A DNA stretch of 64,000 nt. Origin: a virus. Below, piece by piece: positions 1-10,268 of the stretch. Position 1 is the stretch's first letter. Every line of letters begins with the position of its first letter. The notes under the pieces were generated by a model that was not told the DNA's origin, did no database searches, and saw only the letters and a program-made list of their open reading frames with translations. The translations under genes and the position numbers were made by a program. The stretch spans positions 7,682 through 71,681 of IMG/VR virus record IMGVR_UViG_3300010413_000019; one strand, written 5' to 3'.

Positions 1-2149
1 ACTCCAGCTCTTTTTTCGTGACAGCTTTTGTGACAGAGATCATCACAGTGGAGTTGATCTCCTCTTCCGGGACCCCGTCAGGGATCTTGGCATTGAAACT
101 CAGCAGTGCGCTGCGGATCTGTTCAAGGTTGTAGTTGCTGTCGACAAGGGCCATTGCATACTTGTGCATCATGTTGTTGCGGTTACCCTCACCGGTATTG
201 TTCATGAACCAACGCTCAAGATTGGTAAGAGAACCAATCCGATCATTCTTGGCTCGCTGATCATCAGACTTTTTGGTCTGTGGGATGAACAACATCGCGT
301 CAAGCATCTCACCCTCGTTATAGTGATATTCACCTGGGTGGGACATCCATTTACGTGCCGGGTCTTTGGTCGCCGTATCTACTTCGAATGGGAGCCACTC
401 AAAGACATTCTGCATAAATGCGGAGTAGTCTTTGGCATTGAGTTTCAATGTATGGCTCAGTGGGAAGATGATGCGGAACCGGTTGTGGGCTTCCGTATGG
501 CGTTTGGTCGTAGCGAACAGACAGGTGTAATCTTTCAGCAGCAGCTTGGCTGTGTCCAGGGATACACCGGAGTCGATATCAAGGATCACAAGATTGAATC
601 CCTCTATCACCTTCTCTCCAGATCGGTGGCCATCACGGAAGTGGTGTGCCGTATAGTGGAGGTCCGGGGTACATGTCAGGACATGCATCTCATCCCACCG
701 GGCGATCTGCGGCTGATAGTTGTAGGCGATATCATCGCTGTACGAGAACATCAGCTCGTTGAGATTGGTCTCCTGTAGGGATTCACCCCGGAGGAACTCG
801 ATACCGTCACTGTATGACTTCTTGATAACGATGTTGTTCTTGTAGCCATAGGCGATAGCCAGACTCATCATATCTCTACGCTGGGCCTCTGAACCTTTAT
901 AGAAAGGTAAATCCTCTACCAGGTCCACTTGCGTGACCTCACGGCCAACGCTGGAGATATATTTGGCCAGTTTCACGTATGGCTTGTCTCGAGTCAGGAT
1001 CTTGCGGAATGCTTCACCTGAATCTTCGACCAGTTTGATGGCACAGTGAAGGTGATCCATAGAGATCTCCGCACTTCCATCGATGAAGGCATAGGTGCCA
1101 GCCAGTTTAAGCGCACGGAAGTAGCGGTGGCTCAGTTCAGCTTTCAAGACCTCCTCATGCTCTTGCATGGTCTCGGCCTCTTTGACACACTTGAGCTGGT
1201 AATCGATCAGTTCAAGACTTACATCTTTAGTCATCGTCAGCTCTTTACCGAAGTTCTTCGGATCGGCCAAGTCTTCGAGTCTTGCAGCAGCCGTATCCAG
1301 ATGCAGCGAAGATGTCGTATCGGTGAGCATGTCGTACATCTCTTCCGGAGTGAGGTCGGCTTTCTTGGATACCCTGTCTGTGTAACCGAAGAGTAAGCGT
1401 CTGGCATAACCAGTCTCGAGCATCTGGAAGAATTCCTGCTCAAGCCGGCTGCCGTCCAGAAGTTTTGTCGGTGTACCGAATAACATCATGTTGGTCGGGG
1501 TACGGCCGGTGATCTCTTCGTTACGCTTGTTTTCTTGAGTGTTCTTGGTAAGTTTCTGTTTGATCTTACCCACATCGTACAGCTCGATAAAGGTGTTCAG
1601 TACTTCGAGGTTGTTGGCAAAGTTCGATCCGACTTCATCCATCTCGAAACACATCGAACCTGCATCAGCCATTAACAGTTTGTGGCGCATCTGCTTGATT
1701 GCTGCAGGGGTACCGCTGTCAAATGAGAATGCCAGGGCGCCAAGAGCATGGAACTCTTTCTGTACCTCTACCAGTTTCTCATCGGGATCGGTAGAAGCTT
1801 TCTTGGCTCGGGCCACTGCTATCTTTGTCAGATTGTCATTTGCCATCAAGGGGAAAGTCTCGGACATGAATCTATCACGGAATCGACCAAGGACTTGATC
1901 CTCGAGGATGTTTGTGGATAGACCTTTACCGAAACCACTTGGAGCCAGGTTCAGAGCATAGATGTTGATCGGGATAGGTCCGCGGTCATGGGTAACGATA
2001 CTGGCTCGCATCATGGATGCTACCTTGGCCATGTAATAGGCCACCATCACCCGGAATACCAGCGGATTGTCGCTCTGTGTCTTTTTGACGAGTACTTTTA
2101 CGAGTTGCTCAGATATGGGGTAATAATCCATATCGGCTACATTTTTCAT
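1..2149 (-). CDS. N4 gp43-like DNA primase (partial, runs off left edge)
   Basis: Not in ORF track. ATG at 2149 (ATGA overlap with the upstream gene) reads MKNVADMDYYPISEQLVKVL...IPINIYALNLAPSGFGKG (P-loop). The frame is still open at position 1 (>=716 codons). Position downstream of DNA polymerase and gp42-like nuclease matches N4 synteny. Confidence 0.85.
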   Translation of the reverse strand, partial: MKNVADMDYYPISEQLVKVLVKKTQSDNPLVFRVMVAYYMAKVASMMRASIVTHDRGPIPINIYALNLAPSGFGKGLSTNILEDQVLGRFRDRFMSETFPLMANDNLTKIAVARAKKASTDPDEKLVEVQKEFHALGALAFSFDSGTPAAIKQMRHKLLMADAGSMCFEMDEVGSNFANNLEVLNTFIELYDVGKIKQKLTKNTQENKRNEEITGRTPTNMMLFGTPTKLLDGSRLEQEFFQMLETGYARRLLFGYTDRVSKKADLTPEEMYDMLTDTTSSLHLDTAAARLEDLADPKNFGKELTMTKDVSLELIDYQLKCVKEAETMQEHEEVLKAELSHRYFRALKLAGTYAFIDGSAEISMDHLHCAIKLVEDSGEAFRKILTRDKPYVKLAKYISSVGREVTQVDLVEDLPFYKGSEAQRRDMMSLAIAYGYKNNIVIKKSYSDGIEFLRGESLQETNLNELMFSYSDDIAYNYQPQIARWDEMHVLTCTPDLHYTAHHFRDGHRSGEKVIEGFNLVILDIDSGVSLDTAKLLLKDYTCLFATTKRHTEAHNRFRIIFPLSHTLKLNAKDYSAFMQNVFEWLPFEVDTATKDPARKWMSHPGEYHYNEGEMLDAMLFIPQTKKSDDQRAKNDRIGSLTNLERWFMNNTGEGNRNNMMHKYAMALVDSNYNLEQIRSALLSFNAKIPDGVPEEEINSTVMISVTKAVTKKELE

Positions 2150-2361
2150 GAGCATCCTTTTAATTTATGTTGTGCTAGTTGGAAATCCAGCTCATCGCGA
2201 AACTGCTCAGCCAGTTCAGCGTTTTCTTTAATGAAATGGTTAATAGCTAAGTGCATGTTCAGGAAAGTGATGTTGGGGAGGCTTACGGAATCCACCGCAG
2301 CCCCCGGAGGGGGTGTTTGTTCATCTGCCTGAGGGTAGGCAAGATCTTCTACTGTTTGCAT
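2146..2361 (-). CDS. hypothetical protein (71 aa)
   Basis: ORF fills the gap between the vWA gene and primase and is translationally coupled to primase. Confidence 0.6.
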   Translation of the reverse strand: MQTVEDLAYPQADEQTPPPGAAVDSVSLPNITFLNMHLAINHFIKENAELAEQFRDELDFQLAQHKLKGCS

Positions 2362-2364
2362 GAC

Positions 2365-3717
2365 TTATCCTTTCAGACCGATCCGTACAAGCAGATCGAC
2401 CATGTCTTTGAGGTTCTGACGTACAAGGGAGTGGGTGAACCACTTATCCAGTTTGCCGGAGTAATCCAGTACGTTTGTCAGACCCTTGTTGATATAGACA
2501 CCCGTTGACATGATCTTGTTTTTGTACCAGAACTCCTTCTTGATAGGGGTATCTGTGATATCCCCGTCAGTGATACAGATCAGGTTGGTGTTTTTCAGGA
2601 TGTCCTGGTAGTGTTGGACAGTGTCTGCAAGACCTTCCGCACTCTGGGTTGTGTGCAGTGACAGGATCTCTGCATCCGATACCGGCATGGTGATTTTGTA
2701 GTGGTAATTGGTGGTGCTGTATAGGATGTGGCCTGTGACAAATCCCTGCTGGGCCAGTTTGTTAAACAGATACAGCAGTGACACTGCGTTTTTCATCGGG
2801 GATCCGCTCATTGAACCAGACATATCGACGACCAGGTTGAACTTGATGTGCTTACCCTTCGGAGCTTTCTTCGTGATATAGATACGGTCGGTATCCATAG
2901 ACAGACCCTTGGCATTGATATGCTTTTTCGGGGTTACTGTCTTGTCTTTGGATCGGCTTCCGCGGAAGGCTTTTAGCAGGCTGTTGACCATACTGTTAAG
3001 CTCTGCCAGATCTTCGGCACTCAGCATCGAGTAATCCGAGCTGAAACGTGACTGGTTCTGATACTGTGGTATATTGTCCAGTGCCTGCTCGATCTCCTGC
3101 ATTTGGGGAACGATCGTCTTCTTGGTCTCTTCGGAGGTAGAAGTAGCAGGTTTCTCCGGGCCCATGCCCATAGCAGATGAGAGAGACTCGAGTTCTTCGG
3201 TAATGTCCTCGGACTCTTCGAGTTCCTCTTTTTCGCTTGCCTCCTCTTTTGCCTTCTCTTCCGGATCCGTGCTGTAAGTAGAGAAGACTTTTGGTGCGAT
3301 AGGCACTTTCTCTCCGACATACTCGCGGAACTCGTTCATTTCTACAAGTTCTGAGTCTGCCAGGTCTTCTCCGGTCCAAGTTTTATACTCTTCGACTCCG
3401 TCAGAGATGATTTCTGGGAGTTCACGGATCTCATCCGGATCAGTATCCTCAGAGTGTGAGAAGTCATCGATGGAGAGCATCAGTTTAAGGAGGTCTGTCG
3501 TGAGTGCTTCAGCATCGTCACCGAAGGCTTCCAGATCCCCAGAGTTGATGCGGATGTACTTGGTCCCCTTCAGATTGAACACCTGGGTAGGGTACTGTTC
3601 GGAGTGAAGGATCTGCGTACCGGAACGGAGGTTCTGTCGCAGTACCGGATCACCGTTGTAAATCAGCTCTCTGGTAGATTGTTTGAGGAGGCTTTTAGTG
3701 TCGATAGATTCAGACAT
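2365..3717 (-). CDS. von Willebrand factor A (vWA) domain protein, partner of the adjacent AAA ATPase
   Basis: MIDAS motif VVDMSGSM, later ICITDG, acidic linker; directly downstream of a MoxR-type ATPase. Confidence 0.85.
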   Translation of the reverse strand: MSESIDTKSLLKQSTRELIYNGDPVLRQNLRSGTQILHSEQYPTQVFNLKGTKYIRINSGDLEAFGDDAEALTTDLLKLMLSIDDFSHSEDTDPDEIRELPEIISDGVEEYKTWTGEDLADSELVEMNEFREYVGEKVPIAPKVFSTYSTDPEEKAKEEASEKEELEESEDITEELESLSSAMGMGPEKPATSTSEETKKTIVPQMQEIEQALDNIPQYQNQSRFSSDYSMLSAEDLAELNSMVNSLLKAFRGSRSKDKTVTPKKHINAKGLSMDTDRIYITKKAPKGKHIKFNLVVDMSGSMSGSPMKNAVSLLYLFNKLAQQGFVTGHILYSTTNYHYKITMPVSDAEILSLHTTQSAEGLADTVQHYQDILKNTNLICITDGDITDTPIKKEFWYKNKIMSTGVYINKGLTNVLDYSGKLDKWFTHSLVRQNLKDMVDLLVRIGLKG

Positions 3718-3726
3718 GATAGGTCC

Positions 3727-5040
3727 TTATTTGATGATAGATTTGATGACATGTTTAAATGTCTTTTCCTCCACCTCATTGATTTTCCCGTCAGTAGTAC
3801 GGGAGCAGATGTTCGGCATGAGGTCGAAGAAGTAGCTGGTGAGCTCACGAGGATCTTTACACATCTCGATGATCTCACACAGGTAACGCACGTTCATTGT
3901 GTTCGTAAGCTCTTTGCTCTGAACCAATGTGTCTATCGTGGTATAGACTTTCATCAGCTGCTCGATGACAGCTTCACTGAAGTGACCATCATTACAGGCG
4001 TCAAGGATCTGGCGGACCGAAGATGCAGATACGTTCATATCGATCATGCGGAAACGGTCTGGGAGAGCCAAGTCCATATCCTCTGTGTCATACTCAGCAC
4101 CGATATTGGTGGTTGATACGACCCACAGGTTGCTCTTAGGCACAGATAGAGTCTCTGATACACCGAGACCTGTCTCAGTGTTGATAACACGGTTGGTTCT
4201 GAGGTTGTAGTTACCGGAGCTGTCTGGTGTCAATGCACCGATCAGGATGTGAAGCTCACGCGTCGGGATACGGAGGATCTCATCGATGAACAGGACCGAC
4301 TTATCCTCTTGAGCCGCGCGGAAGGCAGCAGATAGCGGACCATCCATCCATACAAGACCGCCGCTCTCATCCTTGACATAGTAGCCAAGAAGGTCAACAC
4401 TCTCGATACCTGTGTGACCGGCGAGAAATTCGGTGTGGTAACCCTGCTGCTCGCAGCGCTGGGATACGGTATAAGTCTTACCCGCGCCGCGGCCACCGAG
4501 GATCATGATGTGCTTGCGGAACTCATAACGCTCGATGAAGTCGTGTACGCCCACATTGGCATACTTCTTCTTTTCGACCTCAATCTCGCTGAGCATGACA
4601 TCGAATGTCTCAAGCAGTTCAGGGGCCAAGGCCGACAGTACTGGATCGCTCCCCAGCAGTTCTTCGAACTCCTCTCCCTCGAGAACGTGAGCTGTATCGC
4701 CTTTGTAGATGGCTTTGATATCGTTCAGTGATGAGATGATGTTCTTCTGAAGTGACTCAGGGTAGCTGTCAAGGTTGACCGACTTCATCTTACCTGTGAG
4801 CCAGGCGTGAGTAGATTCAGCCTGCTTGATCTTTTTAGATGATGGATCCACATAGACGTATGTGTTTACAACACGCTCATCTGCAGAGTCTGATACATTT
4901 GTCGGGTTGAGCACCGATGACAGAGACTTTCTGCTTGACGGGTCCCCGAGTACGCCCTGGATGTGGGCACCATAAGATAGGGCACCCTGAGGTGTGATGA
5001 AGATCGACTGACGGATCTTTGAATTGATTAATTGTGACAT
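3727..5040 (-). CDS. MoxR/CbbQ/CobS-type AAA+ ATPase
   Basis: Walker A GGRGAGKT, motif W.DGPL, Walker B LFIDE, sensor TTN, DLALPDRF arginine finger. Confidence 0.88.
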   Translation of the reverse strand: MSQLINSKIRQSIFITPQGALSYGAHIQGVLGDPSSRKSLSSVLNPTNVSDSADERVVNTYVYVDPSSKKIKQAESTHAWLTGKMKSVNLDSYPESLQKNIISSLNDIKAIYKGDTAHVLEGEEFEELLGSDPVLSALAPELLETFDVMLSEIEVEKKKYANVGVHDFIERYEFRKHIMILGGRGAGKTYTVSQRCEQQGYHTEFLAGHTGIESVDLLGYYVKDESGGLVWMDGPLSAAFRAAQEDKSVLFIDEILRIPTRELHILIGALTPDSSGNYNLRTNRVINTETGLGVSETLSVPKSNLWVVSTTNIGAEYDTEDMDLALPDRFRMIDMNVSASSVRQILDACNDGHFSEAVIEQLMKVYTTIDTLVQSKELTNTMNVRYLCEIIEMCKDPRELTSYFFDLMPNICSRTTDGKINEVEEKTFKHVIKSIIK

Positions 5041-5363
5041 GGTTCGTCCTTCGTTAATGTTACAGTTATTGGCTCACCCTCAGGCAAGTCGCGGTGGTCA
5101 TAGTCGCCGGCAAGAATGCGGCAGATGACGGAGTAGCTTTTATCCATACCGAGTAAGTCATTGATGTACTCAGTGAACTCTTTACGGTTACGGCACTTGT
5201 GGATCTCGATGTGATCTTCGTAGACCTCTTTGATAAACTCGACCATGTGCACGGTGACAAGTGTTTTATCATACGGTTTATGGTCTTTTTTACGTTCGAC
5301 TTTAGGGCTTCCGCCATGCACGTCAGACATGAGGAATTCCCAGATTACTTTTAGTAGATTCAT
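5028..5363 (-). CDS. hypothetical protein
   Basis: 111 aa ORF with AAGGA RBS, co-oriented with neighbours. Confidence 0.65.
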   Translation of the reverse strand: MNLLKVIWEFLMSDVHGGSPKVERKKDHKPYDKTLVTVHMVEFIKEVYEDHIEIHKCRNRKEFTEYINDLLGMDKSYSVICRILAGDYDHRDLPEGEPITVTLTKDEPCHN

Positions 5364-5375
5364 GATCTATCCTTT

Positions 5376-5657
5376 TTATAGTTCTTCATACCCGGCGGAT
5401 GCCGGTAGGCCGATTGATTCCATCTGAGAGATGATCTCACGGGCGTCTTCAAGAGTAGTCAATCCTGATATTTCCCACTCACCAAGAATGTCATCGTTAT
5501 CTTTTACATAGACAAGGACATCGTAGTACTCGGGCTCTGCATTCAGTTCAGAAGCAGGGATATACTCGTTCTTGTTTTCAGGGTTCTGGATCATTCCGAT
5601 CACCTGAACCTCTGTTGCGTTTTTGACCAGATCGGTCTGTAATTCAGTGAATTCCAT
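5376..5657 (-). CDS. hypothetical acidic protein
   Basis: 93 aa ORF with AAGGA RBS. Confidence 0.65.
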   Translation of the reverse strand: MEFTELQTDLVKNATEVQVIGMIQNPENKNEYIPASELNAEPEYYDVLVYVKDNDDILGEWEISGLTTLEDAREIISQMESIGLPASAGYEEL

Positions 5658-5665
5658 GATGGTCC

Positions 5666-6664
5666 TTATGCTGCGAGTTGGAGCTTACCGGTGGCTTTGT
5701 ACTTCTTGGCCTGCTCGCAGATCTCTGCTACGGCGCAATAGCGGCAGGCAACGACTTCACCTTTGACCTCGACCACTTCACCGACAAACCCGTCTTTAGC
5801 CAGGCGAGCCTGGGCATCGACCTGGTTGTCAAAGTTTTTAGTGGCACGAGTCTTGTTGGCAGGGTTCTTGTAGTACTTCCACACTGTCGGTTTTTCCCAC
5901 AGTTCATCAGGGGTACAGTCAGGAAGCTTGTCATCCGGGAGAGACATGTATTTATCGATCTCCATGACTCTGCCTTTGATCCAGCGATCGGTATTTTCGA
6001 TAGGCATGAGAGGGAACTCTTTAGGGATTACCCGTTCCTGTGGATAGCGGGCAGGGTCTTTGACAGCATCCATCTTGCGCCAGTCTGTAAAGACATACTC
6101 GATCTGCATGATGTCATCGGTGATCTTTTCCGGGTTGGCCCAGCGGTAGATTGACCCCTGTTTGATGTAGTCATCATGTTTGGAGCCAAAGATATGAGTC
6201 CACACCGATGTTGACTTGACATCGATGACACGCCCGTCAAGTACCATGTCAAACTTGCCTGTGATCTTGTAGTCTTTAAAGCCTACTTCTTTGATCACAC
6301 GCTGTTCTACATAGACCGGGATCGTGTCTTCCTCCAGCTCTTCTGGTTCAGGGTTGACCTTGATACGGTCGAACAGGTTCTCTACGCCGAGCATCTTCAG
6401 AGCTACTTTGAGGTTTTCCGGATCTTTCCAGGCTACCTCTACACCCGAGTGAATTGCCGTACCCATGCGGGAGTTGACCAGGGTGGAGATATCCACACGT
6501 TTGTCAAGCTTGTTGTTTTTACGGGCCAGTACGATGGCTTTGATCGGTTTGAGCAGTGTTGTGGCGCTGATAACGGTCGGATCATCAATGTAATCATAGT
6601 CATCGTGCACGAGCCATACAGCCATTGCCAGACTTAGGTTTTTGTTATTGGTATAGATGGTCAT
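5666..6664 (-). CDS. PD-(D/E)xK (Cas4/RecB-like) nuclease, N4 gp42-like
   Basis: ISATTLLKP, MGTAIH, GKFD-MVLDGRVIDVKST catalytic motif, C-terminal CRYC-x5-C. Confidence 0.85.
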   Translation of the reverse strand: MTIYTNNKNLSLAMAVWLVHDDYDYIDDPTVISATTLLKPIKAIVLARKNNKLDKRVDISTLVNSRMGTAIHSGVEVAWKDPENLKVALKMLGVENLFDRIKVNPEPEELEEDTIPVYVEQRVIKEVGFKDYKITGKFDMVLDGRVIDVKSTSVWTHIFGSKHDDYIKQGSIYRWANPEKITDDIMQIEYVFTDWRKMDAVKDPARYPQERVIPKEFPLMPIENTDRWIKGRVMEIDKYMSLPDDKLPDCTPDELWEKPTVWKYYKNPANKTRATKNFDNQVDAQARLAKDGFVGEVVEVKGEVVACRYCAVAEICEQAKKYKATGKLQLAA

Positions 6665-7233
6665 TCATCATCCTTTTTTATGTTTGGGCCTCTTTTTAAG
6701 ATCTCAACAGCTCGATCCAGTTGGCTTTTAGTGATAGTAGAATCTGAGGCGGGGATAGTTTCACTTGTGCTATGCGGGGATTTCAAGTCATCCAGATAGA
6801 TTTCATTAGGGGTTATACCTTTGATTGTAACCCCATAATCAGAGTTACGCATCATAATGCGACCATCTCGGAATGTTTGTCTAGCCAGCTCGTCAGCTAC
6901 CTGCAGCTGTACACGGTGAGCTTCCATACTGCGCTTCACGTAAATATCATCTATGTCCGCAAGGGATAGCTTAGCTGCCGTAGTCTTGCTGACTGCACGT
7001 GCAGAGGGGGCAGTAGTGAAGCTCATTGGATCGTCATAGACACTGGTATCAAAGAAAGATTTGACGGTGCGGTACAGTTGAGCCAGTTCATCACGGTTAA
7101 AGATAAAGATGGGGATCACTTTTACAGAATCAAGATGATCCTGGGCATCGCTTAGGTTTACAAACTCACCGATATGCTCGACTTCGCCGGACATATTGAG
7201 GATGTAATAAGATTTTGCATCTGCCATAGTCAT
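6661..7233 (-). CDS. hypothetical protein
   Basis: 190 aa ORF with ATGA overlaps on both sides. Confidence 0.65.
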   Translation of the reverse strand: MTMADAKSYYILNMSGEVEHIGEFVNLSDAQDHLDSVKVIPIFIFNRDELAQLYRTVKSFFDTSVYDDPMSFTTAPSARAVSKTTAAKLSLADIDDIYVKRSMEAHRVQLQVADELARQTFRDGRIMMRNSDYGVTIKGITPNEIYLDDLKSPHSTSETIPASDSTITKSQLDRAVEILKRGPNIKKDDE

Positions 7234-7586
7234 CCCTTACGCAGTATGTAGTTGTCGTACTCTACGCGGGTATCCAGTGTGATGTACTGGCCCTCGTCTT
7301 TATTGAATACAACGAACTTCTCTGGATCAAAGTTATTGATGTTGCCGGCCTTTTCTTTGATCTCTGCAACGACTAGATCCAGTTTTTCTTGGTCACATTC
7401 ACCCTCTACGAGGTCCCATGTGTAGCTGTACTTTTGACGACCGCTGTGGTCGGAGATTCTGATACTCCCGATACGGGTATCACGGAACTTGATGTAGGCT
7501 GAACGGAACTGGCTTGTGTGCCAGTGCAATGCCCCGTAGGGCTTCAGCTCTGTCATTAGGTGTTTGAATATCTGTTGGATTTTCAT
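7230..7586 (-). CDS. hypothetical protein (IRISDH motif)
   Basis: 118 aa ORF coupled to the DNA polymerase stop. Confidence 0.7.
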   Translation of the reverse strand: MKIQQIFKHLMTELKPYGALHWHTSQFRSAYIKFRDTRIGSIRISDHSGRQKYSYTWDLVEGECDQEKLDLVVAEIKEKAGNINNFDPEKFVVFNKDEGQYITLDTRVEYDNYILRKG

Positions 7587-10189
7587 TTTTTATCCTTTTC
7601 TTCATTTAGTCCATGCTCTATAAGGAACTCTTCGATCTCTTTAACCGACAGGTGGTTTTTGAGCGTGTACTGCTTGTCCCAGGACTTACCGATATCAAGT
7701 TCGGCTTCCATGAGGACCTCTTCACTGTAGATGCTCGGATGAGCATTCCAGCGCATCTCTTCGGTGAGAGTGTCATTGAGCCACTTGATCACTTCTGGTT
7801 CATTCTTGATGATGAAGTATCCGGCATCGTGGATTGTGTTGGCAGCGAAGATCTTGTCCTCGAAGCCTGAACCCTTGAGGCGCTTCTCTGTGGCGATAAG
7901 AGCACGGTTCATCAACTGTCCCCAGGACTGGGTCACAGCATTTGAAGCACTGCGTCCCTCAGAGGCAGCTTCGTAAGGTGTGGACTCTTTCCCTACCAGT
8001 GTTTTGGCGAGGATGGGGGTGCGAAGGCGTAAGCCGAAAGCACACTCGACGAAGCCGTGCTCAGATCCGAATTCAGTGTTCTTCTTGGTGAAGTCACCCA
8101 GACCGCTGTATAGCTCGTGGTATCCGATCTCGATGGCTCTGGCCACATCTTCCGGTAGACCGATGTTCGTGACAAGGGTTTTCCATGTCCCTCCGTACTG
8201 GAGAGCAAAGGATGGGGCTTTAGCCTGGTCTCGGATATCTTTCTGCTCTTTCTTGAACCGATTGATGTCTTCGACCGAGTTGATGTCGTACTGGCGCACA
8301 ACTTCAGGGTCGATGTAGACACCTTTTACTGTTACCGGTTCCTTGAGTTTGGAGAAGAATGCGATGGCTCTGAGTGAGTGGCCGTCAGCACCTTCGGAGA
8401 ACTCTTTGGTCTTCATCGGGTCACCTGACAGGATCGCACCGATACGGTCTTCAAGTGCAGCAAAGTCTGCCCCGGCAATGAGCCACCCATCGGGAGCCAC
8501 GAAGCAGGACTTGATCAGCTTGGCATACGTGGAACCGGAAGGGATGTTCTGCATGTTCGGGCTGTTTGATGATAGGCGGCCGGACTGGGTACCCCCGAGT
8601 TTGAGGTTACCGTTGAGCCAGACCGTACCGTCATTACGTGTGAAGGCCATCTCCTCAAAGTTCTTGATGAAGTTATCGAGGATGATGTCCACTTTGGAGA
8701 TATCGATCAGAGCGTTAAGCACTATCTCCTGCTCCTCCGTTTTGGCGAGGACCTTCAATTTGGCAAGTGTCTTGGCTCCGGTAGCAGGCTCTTTTGAATC
8801 TGTCTTGTCTATGACCGGAAAATCCCAGAACTCATACAGCAGCTTCTGCTTCTGTTTGGTGGATCCAGGATTGAAAGTGACATGTCTGAACTCATCGATG
8901 GATTTCATCTTCTTCTTGAGCTTGTTGTTGGCAGTCACCATTGCTTCGCGCTGCAGTAAAAAGTTGAAGCGCTTGATCGCCGGGGTATTCTCGAGGTCGT
9001 ACATTGCGTTGTAGCGGATGACCTCCAGTTGATCTCGAGTGCTCTTGACCTTGTTCAGATCCATCGGCAGACCGATGAGCATCATCTTGAGCAGCACATT
9101 GAGGGACGGCTGCATGATCTCTTCGTAGATCTTCAACTGATCATCGGCTATCACGGTCGGCATGTACTTGTCATGCACATACCATGTAGCCAGACTGTCA
9201 ACGAGGTTGTACTCGAGTAGGGTATCCATCTCGATCTTGGTGATATCGTTGATGTCCTCCAGGGCATAGTTCCCGGTGAACTCAAATGCGTTCTCTTTGA
9301 GACCCAGCTTGACATCTGCCGTGGAGTTTAGAGCCAGATAGGTGAGCAGCATTGTGTCCTGCACATCTTTGAACACCTCAAGGCCGTGGTGCATACCGAC
9401 GTAATCGGTAGAGTGCTCCATGAAGAGGGTGTAGATCAATACCTTGACATCATAGAGAGAGTTGTGGAACCATACCTTACCCTTGTAGGTCTCGAAGAAG
9501 ACCTTGAGTACTTCTTTGATTGGTTCGGTGATGGGGAAAGCCACACCGTTGTGTTGATCCCAGGCAAAGGAGATGGTTCCCAGCTCGGCCCTCTCGAATC
9601 TCAGACTGGTCGCTTCGATATCACTGGTGAGTGCCGGGATGTCCAGAAGTGAGAGTAGGGTGGTTGCAATAGCTTCAGGTTCTCTCGGATAGTATGCAGA
9701 GTGTATAATGTCTTTACCGAGTTCTTTGAATGTCCCGGCTTTATGCTGAACCAAAGTGTAAAGAGACATGTCGATCTTCTCTTGGACCACCGGGTTATAG
9801 AAGACCGCTTGATAGTTTGAAGATAAGATCACTTTGATATGTTCGTATCCGGGAAGCTTACAGCTCTTGACATAACCGAAATGTGGTTCGGCCTTACGTT
9901 CACCGGTAAGAACTTTGAAGTAGTTACCGTCTGCAACTAAGATCGTATCAATACCGAGATGTTCGATAGATTTAAGTAGAGTTGCGAGGTACTCCTTGAT
10001 AGTTGACACTTTTACTTTCTTGGCATCATCATATTTCAGAGTGAAGGCCACGATCTGATCTTTTGAGATGTCACTCTCTATCGGCTTGACGTAAGTGTCG
10101 TACAAAGGTTGCATCTTAAAGCTGGACTCTTTGATAAGCAGAGCAATCGAGAGATTGTCCGAAGAGTCACCAAATAGAATATGTCGCAT
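7583..10189 (-). CDS. family A DNA polymerase (N4 gp39-like)
   Basis: Exo I SDIEAT, Exo II FHNSLYD, Exo III YNLVD, SGRLSS.PNMQN, motif A DFAALE, motif B RDQAKAPSFALQYGG, motif C IHDA. Likely start is MRHILF at 10189 rather than 10270. Confidence 0.95.
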   Translation of the reverse strand: MRHILFGDSSDNLSIALLIKESSFKMQPLYDTYVKPIESDISKDQIVAFTLKYDDAKKVKVSTIKEYLATLLKSIEHLGIDTILVADGNYFKVLTGERKAEPHFGYVKSCKLPGYEHIKVILSSNYQAVFYNPVVQEKIDMSLYTLVQHKAGTFKELGKDIIHSAYYPREPEAIATTLLSLLDIPALTSDIEATSLRFERAELGTISFAWDQHNGVAFPITEPIKEVLKVFFETYKGKVWFHNSLYDVKVLIYTLFMEHSTDYVGMHHGLEVFKDVQDTMLLTYLALNSTADVKLGLKENAFEFTGNYALEDINDITKIEMDTLLEYNLVDSLATWYVHDKYMPTVIADDQLKIYEEIMQPSLNVLLKMMLIGLPMDLNKVKSTRDQLEVIRYNAMYDLENTPAIKRFNFLLQREAMVTANNKLKKKMKSIDEFRHVTFNPGSTKQKQKLLYEFWDFPVIDKTDSKEPATGAKTLAKLKVLAKTEEQEIVLNALIDISKVDIILDNFIKNFEEMAFTRNDGTVWLNGNLKLGGTQSGRLSSNSPNMQNIPSGSTYAKLIKSCFVAPDGWLIAGADFAALEDRIGAILSGDPMKTKEFSEGADGHSLRAIAFFSKLKEPVTVKGVYIDPEVVRQYDINSVEDINRFKKEQKDIRDQAKAPSFALQYGGTWKTLVTNIGLPEDVARAIEIGYHELYSGLGDFTKKNTEFGSEHGFVECAFGLRLRTPILAKTLVGKESTPYEAASEGRSASNAVTQSWGQLMNRALIATEKRLKGSGFEDKIFAANTIHDAGYFIIKNEPEVIKWLNDTLTEEMRWNAHPSIYSEEVLMEAELDIGKSWDKQYTLKNHLSVKEIEEFLIEHGLNEEKDKK

Positions 10190-10268
10190 AAGAAATCTTT
10201 CAGAAATGTGAGTTATGGTTGAGGGGTTTGAATGTTGATCCATGAGAGAGCACGGAAGTGCTTTGAAC

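Noticed and set aside
164-2508. Plus-strand ORFs at the left end of the ORF track
   Set aside because: They are antisense shadows of the primase gene, which the track omits because it runs off the window.
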